The position numbers were made by a program, and so were the translations under genes. Positions 50,729-63,555 of a stretch of DNA of 64,000 bases are shown here, in pieces (positions within the stretch are counted from its first letter, which is position 1; every line of letters starts with the position of its first letter). The notes beneath the pieces were generated by a model. It was not told where the DNA came from and ran no database searches. It saw only the letters and a list, made by a program, of their open reading frames with translations. Origin of the DNA: Tubulanus polymorphus (Eukaryota; Animalia; Nemertea); contig NC_134032.1 in NCBI RefSeq assembly GCF_964204645.1, forward strand, positions 11,272,275 through 11,336,274, given 5' to 3'.

Positions 50729-53700
50729 ATGGCGGAGTTGATGAGACGAGCTGCGTGTAGTTTAAACATTTCCAGAATTGTGAGGTAAATGCGAAATCAG
50801 TCGCGGCGAAGGAAACTGCAAAACATTTTGAACATTTCCATCCCTGTCTGTGGCAGGCTTTTAAACCCGAGCGTTTCAGACTGACCTCGGAATTCAACTT
50901 CGAAACTCGCATTTAGTCGTGCTAATTACCGAACCGAAACATCCGGGGTTTCTACTAATACTAACTAAAATAAATAAATGACTATTAAGGTGAGATTTCC
51001 TTATTTTTTTTAGCCATCACGTAAGACTGATGTCTTCTGGAGCTGGACAATCTGGTGACCTTGGTTCTGGAGCAGGAAAGGTACAGTTTTCTTACAGTTT
51101 TCTTACTTATGATTCTAGACTTTACATACAATTCTTAGTTTTACTTTGATTACCTCACTGACACTTTTTCATTTATTTATGAATCTTTTCTTCTCCAATT
51201 TTAGGGAGGTGGCAAAGGTGGAAGCATTAGGTAAGCTTTAGATAACCCTATCGTGCTGCTACAATTCCAGTCATTTACCCAACCTATTCCTACATTTTCA
51301 TCCTATTCCTACCTAAACTCGCCAATTTGCCCATCCACTGTATTTCTGATTCCTACTACGAAATATGTAAGTAATCATATCAATATTAGTCAACACAATG
51401 ATGGTCCTAACTACAATGACTTAAGTGAATGAACCCTTTGTTACCTTTTACATATTAAATTCCTGTCTAAATACTGAAGGATTCGGAGTTTAATTTAATT
51501 CTTTTTTGGTCTGATATTTTTCAGAGATGCTGGTGGTTCCTTCGGACGCAAGGGAGCTGCGCAGGAAGAAGAATACTTTAGAAAACAGGTAAATATTTGA
51601 TCAACTTTTAAGACCCGGTTCATGTTCGGTCTAGTCGATCAAAATGAATTCAATATCTTAAGGCTGATTTCAGAATGTTTCTGGTCTTCTGGGTCCGATT
51701 TCATTAACAAGTCTAAGCGTAGAACGGTTAAGTTGTTGACTTTATTGAAAACTTCTAATTTTAAAATATAGCAAATCAAAAATTTGACTACTAATTTTTT
51801 GTGAAACTGGGCCCTGGTATCAACCATTTAAGTGAATTTTGACTCAGTTTCTCGCGTATTTGTAGTTTAAGTTTAGTTCACTTTGAAACTGAAAACTGAG
51901 TCAAAAACCAACTTTTTTCGAAACAAATTCCTGCATTTTTTCGCATTCAATATCTTAAAATTTATTACAGATATTCCGTAAACCGCATGTTGAAATTTTC
52001 AGAGATATTTTCAGCTCGCGTCGTAAAAATTTCGGCTGGATGTTTATTCTATTTCAGCATATGCAACAATTGAAGGCTTTGAAAGAGTCTTTGCAAGAGG
52101 AAATCAGTTTTCACGAGGGGCATATCAAACATCATAAGGTCGACTGTGCTTGTCGCTAATGACGCTCGCACGCGCATGTGCTATATAGTCTCATTTATGT
52201 CCCCCTCTAAAAGCTAGGGCTCGATTTTGGCAGTATTTCAGAGAATACTAAGATTTTTTTTATACTTTCCATCAGGATACCTTTTATATTAGTATTTTCT
52301 TGATAAGCAATAAAATCAAAGGTAATATGGGATAACAACTAACAATTGTGGATCTGGTATCCCTCGGAAGATACTCTCTAGAACTGTGGTATAAATCGAG
52401 CCTTAACTGAGATTTCGTAATATCTTTCTTATAGTCTCCCTCGACGCATTTGTATCATCGGCGTGTTTTCTTTATTTCTTTTTCTTGTCGCAAGGAAAAA
52501 TTTGGAAAAATAATTCTCATCGGCCAGGTCGGACTGAAGTGACAATTACGAGGCGTTTGATAGAAGAAAGAAATGATGGCCTTAGAAATGTACATAGAAT
52601 GAATTGGTTTGATGGTGATTGTCTAAGGCACTTGGAAATGAGAATTATTTTCGCTGATTTTTCAAATTGAGTCCGTTTCCACTTTCCTGATGATCGTCAT
52701 TGGTTTGAGCTCAGACAAAATCGTGTCAACTTAAATCGATTGGACTGTGGAATCGGGCAGCGAGCTTTTTGTAAACTATGCATGATTCAGAACTCAGTTC
52801 AACAGTTGTGAGTTAGATATTTGTAGTTAGATACAATAGATTATTGCCTCGGATTATTGGATGGCTCGGACAAGATGTCGAAAGATTTTATTCTACATTC
52901 TCGCCTGACAACTAACTGTTGAACTGGGTTCAGCTGCTTTTTGAGTAGTCGAAAACATATTTATCCATTCGTTTATCCATTTTCTTCTCTTTTCTCTTCA
53001 TCTCTCGTTTTGTTTTCGCTTGCGACTAAAACAATCCGTAGCAATCGAAACAACTGAAAGATTTGAAAGATCATTTAGAAGAAGAGGTGGGACACCACGA
53101 AAAGGAGATTAAACGCCATAAGGTATTGATTAAATCTCGTTGAAAAAAGCTGAATTTGCAAGTCGAATTCTCTTGATTTGACGCTGATTCGCCGTACGCT
53201 ATTCGGCATGATCCCGGTTCATCAGACGTGAGTAGATACTGCATCCCCTCTGGAGCTCCGGACTATTTCTCCAGTAGAACATTTCGGATCATTTGGGACC
53301 AAATCAATCCACTTGATGTGAAATCCAGATTGCATATTATTATCATTTTATTATGAGTATTTATAAATAGATAGATAAACAATATCTGGATTAAACTGCT
53401 CGTATTTTGACATTCGAGGTAACTGTGACTGAAGAATTTTGAAAATATCTGGTCGTTAAGTTTGATGCTAGACTAACAACTGAAAGCAGAATCCATTTCA
53501 TAAAGCATGCATGTAAGATAAGCATTATGTGCATTGTACAGGGAAAGTGGGAAATTCTTTATGAAAAAAATCTAGTGCTTTTCTTGCTTTATAATATACA
53601 AATATATTTGTTCTATACTCATCACACTTATTGATATGTATCCTATGCGTGTACATGTATATGTTTATCCGCCTAGCTGCACCTTTCTCTTAGTAATTAC

Positions 53701-54191
53701 TTCCTAAATTAAATCTCACACTTTGAAATACGAGTCAGTCAATGTCAGGGTTCATAGCGGTCCTGGAATGTTTTAAAATGGGAATGGTTGATTCCATGGT
53801 CTTGAGTATCATCGAAATGGGCTTCAAAAGAATCTTTAAAAATTGTCATAATGGTCCTTGAATGGCATCAGTCATTAGTTATCATCTGCCGATCCATGAT
53901 ACAAGTTCACTGTTTACAGCTCTTAAAATCTACTGATTATAAGAATGCTTTGAAAGTGTAGTAGATTTCAGGATTCCTGGCTTAAGCATGGCGATGTTAT
54001 GTATGTCCTGGAATCGGAGTCCGAAAAGTCATTAAAAGTCATTGAGACACTATGAACCCTGGCTTTGATAATGTATATCGAAATCCTAACATTTTTCAAA
54101 ACGTTTCAAAATCTTATTTCAGGAATCAATCGAGCGTCATAAGAAGCGAATGCTGAAAATTAGCCGCGAAGAGAAGCCCAAAGACGATTAA
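50729..54191 (+). CDS. ATP5IF1: Mitochondrial ATP synthase inhibitor IF1; exons 50729-50784, 51014-51080, 51205-51230, 51525-51588, [52058-52138 OR 53042-53122], 54123-54191
   Basis: Presequence, then [39 protein letters not shown], a His-rich coiled coil, and ESIERHKK. This is the IATP family signature. The ORF track missed it because all exons are short. Confidence 0.93.
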
Positions 54192-56263
54192 CAACGCCGG
54201 CGCCCTCTATCAATAGACTAGAAACTAACCGGCGACTTATGTATCCATTCTAACGTCAACGTTTCGGAGAAGAAACTTTTTGTGCGAATCATAATTTTTT
54301 GTCTTATTTCTGAGTTAGAACTAATTACTATAGGTGGTTCCTATTAATTAAACAGATCGATTATCATTATTATTACTATTATATTAAAATAAGCTTATGT
54401 AGAAAAGTTTGTTGTTTTTGGTGTCGCGTTTGGCAGTTTGAAGTTTGATGAATTAGTTTGAATATATCCTTTCACTTGAATGCAACTGTCAAATGTACGT
54501 CAAAATCAGAGGTGTTGTCTTTTGTGTGGTGTTTTTAGAGTAAACAAATTAAATGTGCTACCAGGTTACTTGCCTAAACTTGTAAAAAAAACGTAATTCA
54601 GACCAGTTTTAAGTTAAAATTTGCCTCAGGGGTTAACTCAGTTAATTGATGGTCGAGTCAACTTCAATGTTCAGTTGCTCGAAGGTTGGTTCAAGTTAAC
54701 TAGTGGATAACTGACTGTAAAGTGATTATTAAAACTGTATTATCACCATGTGATTGTTAACTTCAACCCAGCTCTTGAGCATCAGTTCCCTTGGCCGGGT
54801 TTTATAGACCAATCGTACGAACTTGAACCTGGAGTGATGAATTGAGGAACGGATGGGTCAAGTGAATACTGCTGGTCTATCAATCCAGTCCTTGGTTTAA
54901 GTTAAAACTGGTCTCTGTATAGAGTGGTAAATTTACGATGATTAGAATTAAACATGATGTCTATGTTAATTGAAACTGGTTGAAATGGAATAAATTAAAA
55001 TCACATGTTTTCACAATATTTAATGGTTCTGTTTTGATTTTCGCATTCAAGAGGATTTCGTCTGCCAATGGTTTGACCCCAGGAGGCCCAGATTCATTCG
55101 GTTAAACACCCGAGGAATAACTCAACAACTATCAACACGGGCTCCCATTTACACTTCATTATAATGTTTAACGCCCGAATCAGTATTTACAAGCCGAACC
55201 CCGATATTTTCTAATAGATTTGATATATTATACAGTTTTCTATGAGCTAGGTAGCAGGACCATACAGTCCCCTAGCGTGATTTATGAGAATCGCTGCGCC
55301 TCGATGTCGAATAAACTCTGACTTTTTGGTGCTGGCTTTGCAATTGTTGTCTTCGTTGCCATGGCAACGATACAGTCCCCCAGCGTGATTTATGAGAACC
55401 CCTGTGCCTCGATGTCGAATCAACTCTAGTTGGTGCCGGTTTTTTGCAATCGTTGGCTTCGTTGCCATAGCAACGATGTTTGTATATGGACAAGACGATA
55501 CAACCCTGTTACCATGGCAATGGAACTTACCAACTCATGGAACTGACCCAATGGGGGATTGTTGAAAGATTTTTGACGAAATGAAGAATATTGTCCATAT
55601 TAACTGATACAACATCAAATTTTTATGAAATGATAATTGAATCATCAGAAATTGACTAAAACCACGGTAGCCTTATGTATAAGTCAATATCTATCTTTCT
55701 TCTATAAATTTACTTTCAAGACAAATGATTTCTCTACTGACAAAAGAATTTCTTGATTATCTCGAATCGTATTGAATCGCCGAAATAATCAAAGAATACG
55801 CGTGTATGTTGCAACCAACATAAGCCGCGATCTCGCACGGAGACGATTTGTTCCGGGCCAAATTGGCATGGATCAGGCTCGAGCCAAATTTGGCCCGTGC
55901 CTAATAAGAGAGCGTGTTCGCACGTAAACCACTCACTCGATACTAAACAATGCTTAAACAAAGCGAAGTGGGCCATTTCTGGAACCAGTTGCAATTACAA
56001 CGAAATCATTGTCTCGTGCTAAAATTTGGCTAGTGCCTAGTCCGACGTTTTTTCGTCGGGCCAAACAGCCTCGGGCCCATTTGGTACCCGTGTGAATAGT
56101 TATGAACATTTGACGCGGGCCCAACATGCTCGTGTGATCGCGGCTAATGTCCATCTATAAAAATCGTTGCTATGGCAATGAAGACAACAATTGTAAAGCT
56201 GACACTTACACTTTTCTGATCCTCGAGTTTCCATAGGTACCAAAAAAACGTTGGTGCCCAGGG

Positions 56264-57084
56264 ACCTTATTCACTAAACGCCATGATGCAACGCAATTCA
56301 TTAATTTTTCCCGCAAATCCTTTTCTGGGGCCATACTTGGAATCATTGATGTTAGTTAAGTGATCCTATTCACCAACAATATATTTGCTCTATGGTGGGC
56401 TGACTCATCGTTATATCATCTATACGAAATCATTTTATATCGATAGAAAACTTTTAAGAATGAATTATAGATACTAATGTAGGAAGATGTTGACGCAAAT
56501 ATCATTATAATCACAGTGAATTGATAAAATAATTCTCTATAAATGATATAACAATGGAGTCCACTCACCATAGGGCAAAAATATTGGTGAATTAGGGTCA
56601 GTATAACTAACAACGAAGTTGGCCCCAGAAAGTAGGGAACCGGTCTATAAAATCGCACCTTGAAAAAATATCAATTATTGATACATTGATCGATGACATG
56701 AATAGGAATGCTTACAATATTTGCAGTGACAGGACCATCTTTTCAGATGAAATCAATTACTTGAAAAATCTGTTTAAATCCAATGCGCGTTTCCTATTCA
56801 TGTCATCGATCAATGTATCAATAGATTTTTGAAATCGAAACAGAACTCCGAACCTAGATATCAATTATTTACGTAATTCAATTTCAAAAAGCCACAAAAG
56901 TGTTATTTGCGTGGAAAATGAAAGTTTAGGGTGCCCCTTAGTTCACGGCAGATTTGCGGGAAGAATTGACGGATTTGCGAGGAAAACATTTGCGCGGTTT
57001 TAGCGAATACGGAGATTTTCGCAAATTTGGAGTTACGGGGGATTTGCGACAAAAATCGCGTTGCGTGGCGTTAGTGAATAAGGT
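56264..57084. mobile_element. MITE-like element with a nested Penelope fragment
   Basis: Inverted termini accttattcactaa(acgcca..gcaacgc) / (gcgttgcgtggcg)ttagtgaataaggt. Confidence 0.6.
56668..56869 (+). mobile_element. Short Penelope-like RT fragment with a 5' inverted duplication and flanking direct repeats
   Basis: Translates AYNICSDRTIFSDEINYLKNLFKSN/FPIHVIDQCINRFLKSK, typical of the region after the Penelope-like RT core. ~56677-56709 is the reverse complement of ~56791-56823. atatcaattatt flanks both ends. Confidence 0.7.
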
Positions 57085-60014
57085 ATAACAAGAGGTGCGC
57101 ACTTAAAAGACCGGACTGCTTGTCTTTTTTGGTAAAATCTTTATGAAAGTGACGAGATATCCGCATCAATTCACCATGGTATTCATACAGATTCTATACC
57201 ATAGATTCTAATAGTCTGGTTCGGTATTTAGCCTGGGACACCCCTGTTTACCCTCAAATACCAACCAGTCCACCCGGAATAAGTATCAATTGGCTGGGTT
57301 CGAACCTGGGTCACTCGTATCCATCCTAAATTCACAATATACTGCAGTTCCTGATTTCTGGTAGATGGCGCATGTGTGTAAGGCTCAGTGTACATGAATT
57401 CGTACAACTAATTTGTAAAAACTGTTAGTTCAGGGAAATTCCAATAGATGGCGACCATGAATTTATCGTTAAGTCAGCCTAATCATTTAGTCATCAAAAT
57501 AATTAAGCATTCGGTCAGTTAGAGATTTAATCAAATTGCGATATGCCTGGAACGTCAGACTGCAATATCCACCAAGACTCAGTAGACTGGGTACAAATTG
57601 CAGTGGACACACTAGCTTATTTACTATTCATAGGGTTCAGCATCTCCTAGACTAGGTTCGAACCTGGGACACATCCTCCTCATGAAAAAAAATGAACTCC
57701 GAACGTTTATTGATTACGCAATGCATCTTTTATTGACAAAAAACTGAGCATTTTATACAACAAGGAAAAAATAAATTAATATCTTTCTATACAATAAAGG
57801 CATTAAATCTATAGACCTTTCCAGAAAAAACATGGCTATCCCCATTAATTCCATAGCAATAAGTGATGTAATAGCGTATCTTTCCGATACCAATCTGCAA
57901 TCTATTCAATTGAAAATATCTCCGGTGAAGTCCTGAAAACATTTGAAGCCTAGACGACAAAAAATTGGAAGAACGATGATAAGGTATTGAAGTCTTGGGG
58001 CCTAGAACCCAGGCTGCAGATTGATACAGGTGTAGAGGTAGCCATCTCTTCTTTGAAAGGTGCCTATAACTGTGTTGTGAGCAAAAATGGCAGCAATGGA
58101 CAATAAATACTATAACAAAACAAGAATAAAATCTGAAAAGCAAAAAGCCAAAAACAACTTCATCATAACATTTTAAAATATTTACTAAGCTCGGTTTATG
58201 GACTTAGATTGAGTCTTAAAATCAAATTGTAAGCCTATTACTTTTACTGGTAACTTTGAAGCTACTCCCTGGTGAAGGTTATTCATATTCACAACAAATG
58301 AATAACTCCAGGGGTAGTTTCTTTACAAGTTGTTAAAATATCAGCTTTCTTATTGTTAATGTAACAAACCAAAAGAAATAACTGCTTAGCTTTGTAAAAC
58401 CAGGTCCGGCATGCCATGGTTTTAGGGTTCAAATTGCAAAGCTCAATCAAAATCGTAACCGATATATACTGGAAATGATGACAGCGATGATGAGATGAGA
58501 GAGTGGTGAAAATGAAGATGACATGACAACAATATTTCTATAAAAAGATTCTTAGGCACAAATGTCTACACATATAATAGGTTAAACCAGATAGGCGAGG
58601 TATACAGGGTGATCCTATGGACCCCGGAGGATTTGGACCACATTTAGAATTTTTACTGGGTCCCAGTTCCAGTAACATAACTGTGAAAAGTTCCAAATCA
58701 TACGACTTGTAAATTGTAGATTGAAGACTGAAATGGGGTTAGACTGGTCTTAATTTGTTAGTTTGGTTTAGGAACTAAAATGAGCTTAGACTGTTCTCGA
58801 ATAAGTTTGGATTTATAACCACAATGACGATCCTTCATCAAATCGTTTACTGGGCAACTGACCTCGGGAAAAAAGACCCCATTTTAGGCGAGACCACTTC
58901 GCGTCTGTAGTTCAACCAGACGACTTAATAATACACGCACAATACAATACAAACATATTATATCAATTAATCACTAATTAATAATCCATTTAATCATTAA
59001 TATATAATCAATCAATTATCAACTGACGATCAATTGATTATTAATTCGGCAGTTACTGGTATTTTTTGAATATTACAAATACAACATCGTGGTTTCATAT
59101 CATGGTAAAAAATTCTGCCCTAGCCAAACGCGCAATCGCTGGGTACGTATATTAAGTTACATGATATTTGAGTTTAGCCAGCAAACCTACAAATTGTATC
59201 TATTTACATCGATAATCATTGCGTATGCAATCACCAAACAGGCCTTGTTTAAACCGACTTTAATGAGTTCCCGACTCATTAAAGGGCAATAAACGCACCG
59301 TCGTGTTCATTCCAGGCACTTGACAATGTTCCGTCTGCCCAAATATCTGCGTTCATTCAAACTACATGTATTACAAAACGTTTTTCGGCTAGGACCAAAC
59401 TCACACTACCTCAATTAAACCAGACGGCGTGCTGATAGTAGGACTACGTTGATCAAATTCATTAATTGAATTCAAAAAAATTCTGGATACATTCTAAATT
59501 GAATCAGATATCGATGTCCTACTGCACACTAGCGACACCTGGTGGATTCATACCGCAGTAGTTTATGTCCTACCGCACACTATGGTGACGCCTCAAAAAT
59601 TAAAACTTGCAAAATACTGGCACAGGAATCACCGTGTTTGCATATTTCTTCGCTTAATTTACAAATCTGAAACAAACTCAGAATCCTTTCGTTTAAAAAC
59701 ATTCTTCCACCCTTTTTTTTCAGACGCGCGACAAAAATGCATTTTCTGCTAAATACTTGTTTATAAATATTTATTGACTAGAAATGTTCGCCGGGCTTGG
59801 TTTTAACGACTGGATATCCGAGTCGAGATGAATTCATCACCTGACCCCAGGGCGATGTCTACCTGAATAACGCGAGGCCACGGCAATAACTGACATTGTT
59901 AGCTCTAACAACGATGTACATAACCCAGTCTATAAAACCACAGCTCCTAAAACGTTGCTTGTTACTCTCAAGATGTTGGTGATTGTTCGAAGAAAACACC
60001 TCCGTTCTCTGATT

Positions 60015-63000
60015 TCAGTCCATGAGGAAAAACTCTTCATCGAGTTGAACTGTTCGTTTTTCTTCCACGGTCGGTTTAGAGCACGATTCACTGGTATAAC
60101 TGTCGATTGGAAATGTTTCTGATTTTCTAGAATTAGAAAAAATAAAACGGATTAAAAACGATAATATCTTTCGCGAGCGAAATCCTAATCCAGACATAGA
60201 TATGTACTAGGGAAGAGACAAGGATTTGATGCGAGACTGGATCAAAAGCTAGGATCAAAAGCTACCACACCTGCTAGATCCTCACTTGCCACAAGTTGAA
60301 TTCTCTATTGCCACAGTAATTGATGTCCTACTGTACATTAGCACACCTGGTGGATCCTCACTTGCCACAAGTGGAATCCTCCATTACTGCAGTACCTGGT
60401 AGTTCATGTCCAACTACACACTAGCACACCCGGTGGATCCTCACTCGCCACAAGTGGAATCCTCTAGTGCCACAGTAGCTGATACCCTACTGCACACTGG
60501 CACATCTTGAGGATCCGCACTTGCAACAAAGTGAAATATTGGAGCAAAAACCACTAATGCAAGAAGTTTTACTGGTACTGGGTTTCAATAAACTTCAACC
60601 TTACCTCGATCTCAGTTAATTCTACAATCAAAGTTTAGATATTGGTAGACAATATATATCACTGCTTTGGCAGGATTTTGGAGAATACTCACCTAAATTG
60701 CGCCGAGTGATCGGGCCAGTATATATGATTTTCACCATAGCTGAAGGTTTCGTCTCCAACTAGTTCTTTAGCCCATGATTCAGTGTTATAAGGCGGTGCC
60801 GAGCCCCCGAGCTCGGCGGGTAGCATATCTCGATGTAAACTGGAGTGCAACGTCGTTAGATTATTTCCGTGAAATAAAAACTGAAAAATAGTTGTTTTAA
60901 AAACATGTTTACATCGTATGAATGAGTTTTACACTGTCTGAACACGGGTAAATACCTTTTCTTTTGTTCTGTCTTTAAGAAATGGTCGGACAACTTTGAA
61001 GGCGGCTTCCACGTACCACGGTTGATTTACAAAATGTATCCCAGCAAAACGTGCTGGAAAACAATCCTGGAAAAAAAAATAGATGGTGAAAAAAATTAAT
61101 CCCGCAACTGCAATGAAAATAAACTCACATGACTGGGGAACTGGGAACAAAGTCAAATTTAACCCACACAACTGTCGAACTGGGCACAGAGACAAAGTAA
61201 ACCCATACAGCTGTGGAACTGGGTCCAGAGACAAATCAAACCCATACAACTGTGGAACTTGGTCCAGAGACAAATCAAACCCATACAACTGTGGAACTTG
61301 GTCCAGAGACAAATCAAACCCATACAACTGTGAAACTGTGTCCAGAGACAAAGTAAACCCATACAACTGTGGAACTGGATCCAGAGACAAAGTTAACCCA
61401 TACAACTGTGGAACTGGGTCCAGAGACAAAGTAAACCTACACAGCTGTGGAACTGGGTCCAGAGACAAATTAAACCCATACAACTGTGGAACTGGGTCCA
61501 GAGACAAATTATACCCATAAAACTGTGAATTGACCCTACTGTGGAACTTGGTACATAGTCAAATTAAAACCCACATAACTGTGGCATTGGGTCCAGAGAC
61601 AAATTAAAGCCACGCGACTGTGGAACTGGATCCAGATATGAATAAAATCTATGAACACGTACGTTCACAACAATGATTACCTTGCCATCACAATTCACAG
61701 ACTGATCAAACATTTCATTAAAGTTGCAGCCAGTGAATAGCGTGCGTTTATGGTATTTATGCCGAACCCTTCATTAATCAAACTTATTACAGCAAACGAA
61801 GTGGTGTAATTAAAGTTTGCTTAACGAGGTTCAGACTAGGGTTAGGTTTGATTCGGTTAATAATAGTTCGGAATACAAATATTTGAAATCTCGATAGTCG
61901 TGAATGACTTTTAAGAGGGTGTGAGAGAGAAGTCTGAAGGATGCTTCACAGATATCCGATATTTCAAAGTGCTCTCACGATAATAGTTACATTGTTTCTC
62001 ATAAATATCGTAGCGTATGAAGTCCTTAAAAAAGAGTTTTAAATAATCTAGAGACAATGATCTAGAGTTTCGAGTAGCCAGTAAACCGGAGTTTGAAATT
62101 ATCAGGGACCGATATTCTAAAGTTCTTTCGGCTAAATCTCGAGTTTATATATCATGACATTTCACTCAAAACCGAGTAAAAAAATGTGACCCCAGGGGCC
62201 GGTTGCCCAGCCAGGGCTTAGATTTAGGACCAGTCTAAGACCATCTTATTTGTATAGCTAAACATAAGGCCAGTCTTAAGATTCAATAAAGACCGCTTTG
62301 GACTTACGTCCTGACTGTGCAACTACAGCCCGGTTCCTCAAATCTGAGATGGCTGGAACATTTGAAATGAACTACAGGATCCAGTTCCACAGTTGTGAGT
62401 TAAGATTTGATTCAGAGTTAAAACAGTGAAATTGAACTAATTTCAACTCAGAGTTACCGTAACTTTAACTTACAACAGTGGAACTGAATCCAGTAGAATT
62501 GCCTATTTTGGTTGACTAGGGACGGACAGCCCAGATTTCTTCGAATTAAGTAAAATCGGTCCGAATTACAAAATATATTTACACGGTTCCAGGTTAACCC
62601 TTTCAGTGCGTCTACACTGCAGTGCGGTGTATGAATCAGTGATGGATTTGCTAGTACACCGCGCTGCGGTGTATTGTTTTAATTAGTAATTACTTATTAT
62701 CTCTATTGAAAGATGGCAGCACCTGTCAAACATAGTGAAATACTAATAACTAACGATACACCGCGCCAGGGTGTAAATGCACTATAGTGGTATTCCCGTT
62801 ATTCAACACACTAGGGTGGAATTTTTCAGAATTTTCAAATTATCTTCAGCACTATTGGGTATTAATAAGCCAGCACTGAAAGGGTTAAATGGACCGAATA
62901 TTTCATCCGAAAATCTGAATAAGGCGAGTTCTACAGCTATTTCATTTCAAACCAACTACCAAGGGCCGGTTGCATAGTCACGGCTAAGACTTATGACTGG

Positions 63001-63555
63001 TCATAGATCAACTTAGTTCTATAGCTAATCTAACAACTTAAGACTAGTCTTAAGATTCAAGTCCAATTTTGGACTTAAGCCACAACTGTGCAACTGGCCC
63101 CGGGAGCCAACCGTTCAACCTTACCTGTAAACCTTCGATCATCAATTTGAGCAATCGAGGATGGATCCACGTGGATTGTTTAAAAGTAAATCCGCTCCAG
63201 TCGACGATGATCACGAATCCGTTCACTTGCGTCTCCTCGTCCTCGATCAGTTTTTCTAACGTTAACAAAATCGCTCGGTAAATCGCCGCCAGTCCATAGT
63301 GGCAGTTGTCCCAGTGCGCCGCGTACAGTATCAGGATTTTCCGGCCGTAGTGATCGGTCTGAGGTAAAACGCCGGGAAAACCGTCGAACAGCGCCGACTT
63401 GATGCCCGGCTCCGACGCGTGGAACTTGCGAAACAGGTTCCGGTTCGTCTGGCGGTATTCAAAGTACCGCGCGTACAGTTTGAACGTCTCGAACGCGTCG
63501 AATTTTCGCGCGCGCAAAAAACGCACCAAGAACGCATCGTCCGTGCGCAGGAAAT
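60015..63555 (-). CDS. CLVS: Clavesin-like CRAL-TRIO (Sec14) protein, 5'-partial; exons 63555-63125, 61066-60956, 60880-60693, 60126-60015
   Basis: [18 protein letters not shown]...[23 protein letters not shown]...[19 protein letters not shown]...FHGNNL..LH...LPAELGG..PPY closely follows the clavesin sequence. Junctions are phase-consistent. Confidence 0.9.
60265..60535. repeat. ~80-bp degenerate tandem repeat in clavesin intron
   Basis: Recurring cacacctggtggatcctcacttgccacaagtggaatcct, about 4 copies. Confidence 0.7.
61120..61640. repeat. 39-bp minisatellite (about 13 copies) in clavesin intron
   Basis: Recurring aacccatacaactgtggaactgggtccagagacaaa variants. Confidence 0.93.
62594..62888. 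mobile_element. piggyBac-like MITE (TTAA target); related partial copy at ~2965-3190
   Basis: TTAA-ccctttcagtgc ... gcactgaaaggg-TTAA termini. Internal palindromic tacactgcagtgcggtgta segments also appear in a glutaminase intron. Confidence 0.78.

Noticed and set aside
60929-61520. 192-aa and 145-aa repeat proteins
   Set aside because: Products of the 39-bp intronic minisatellite; only 61066-60956 is a real clavesin exon.
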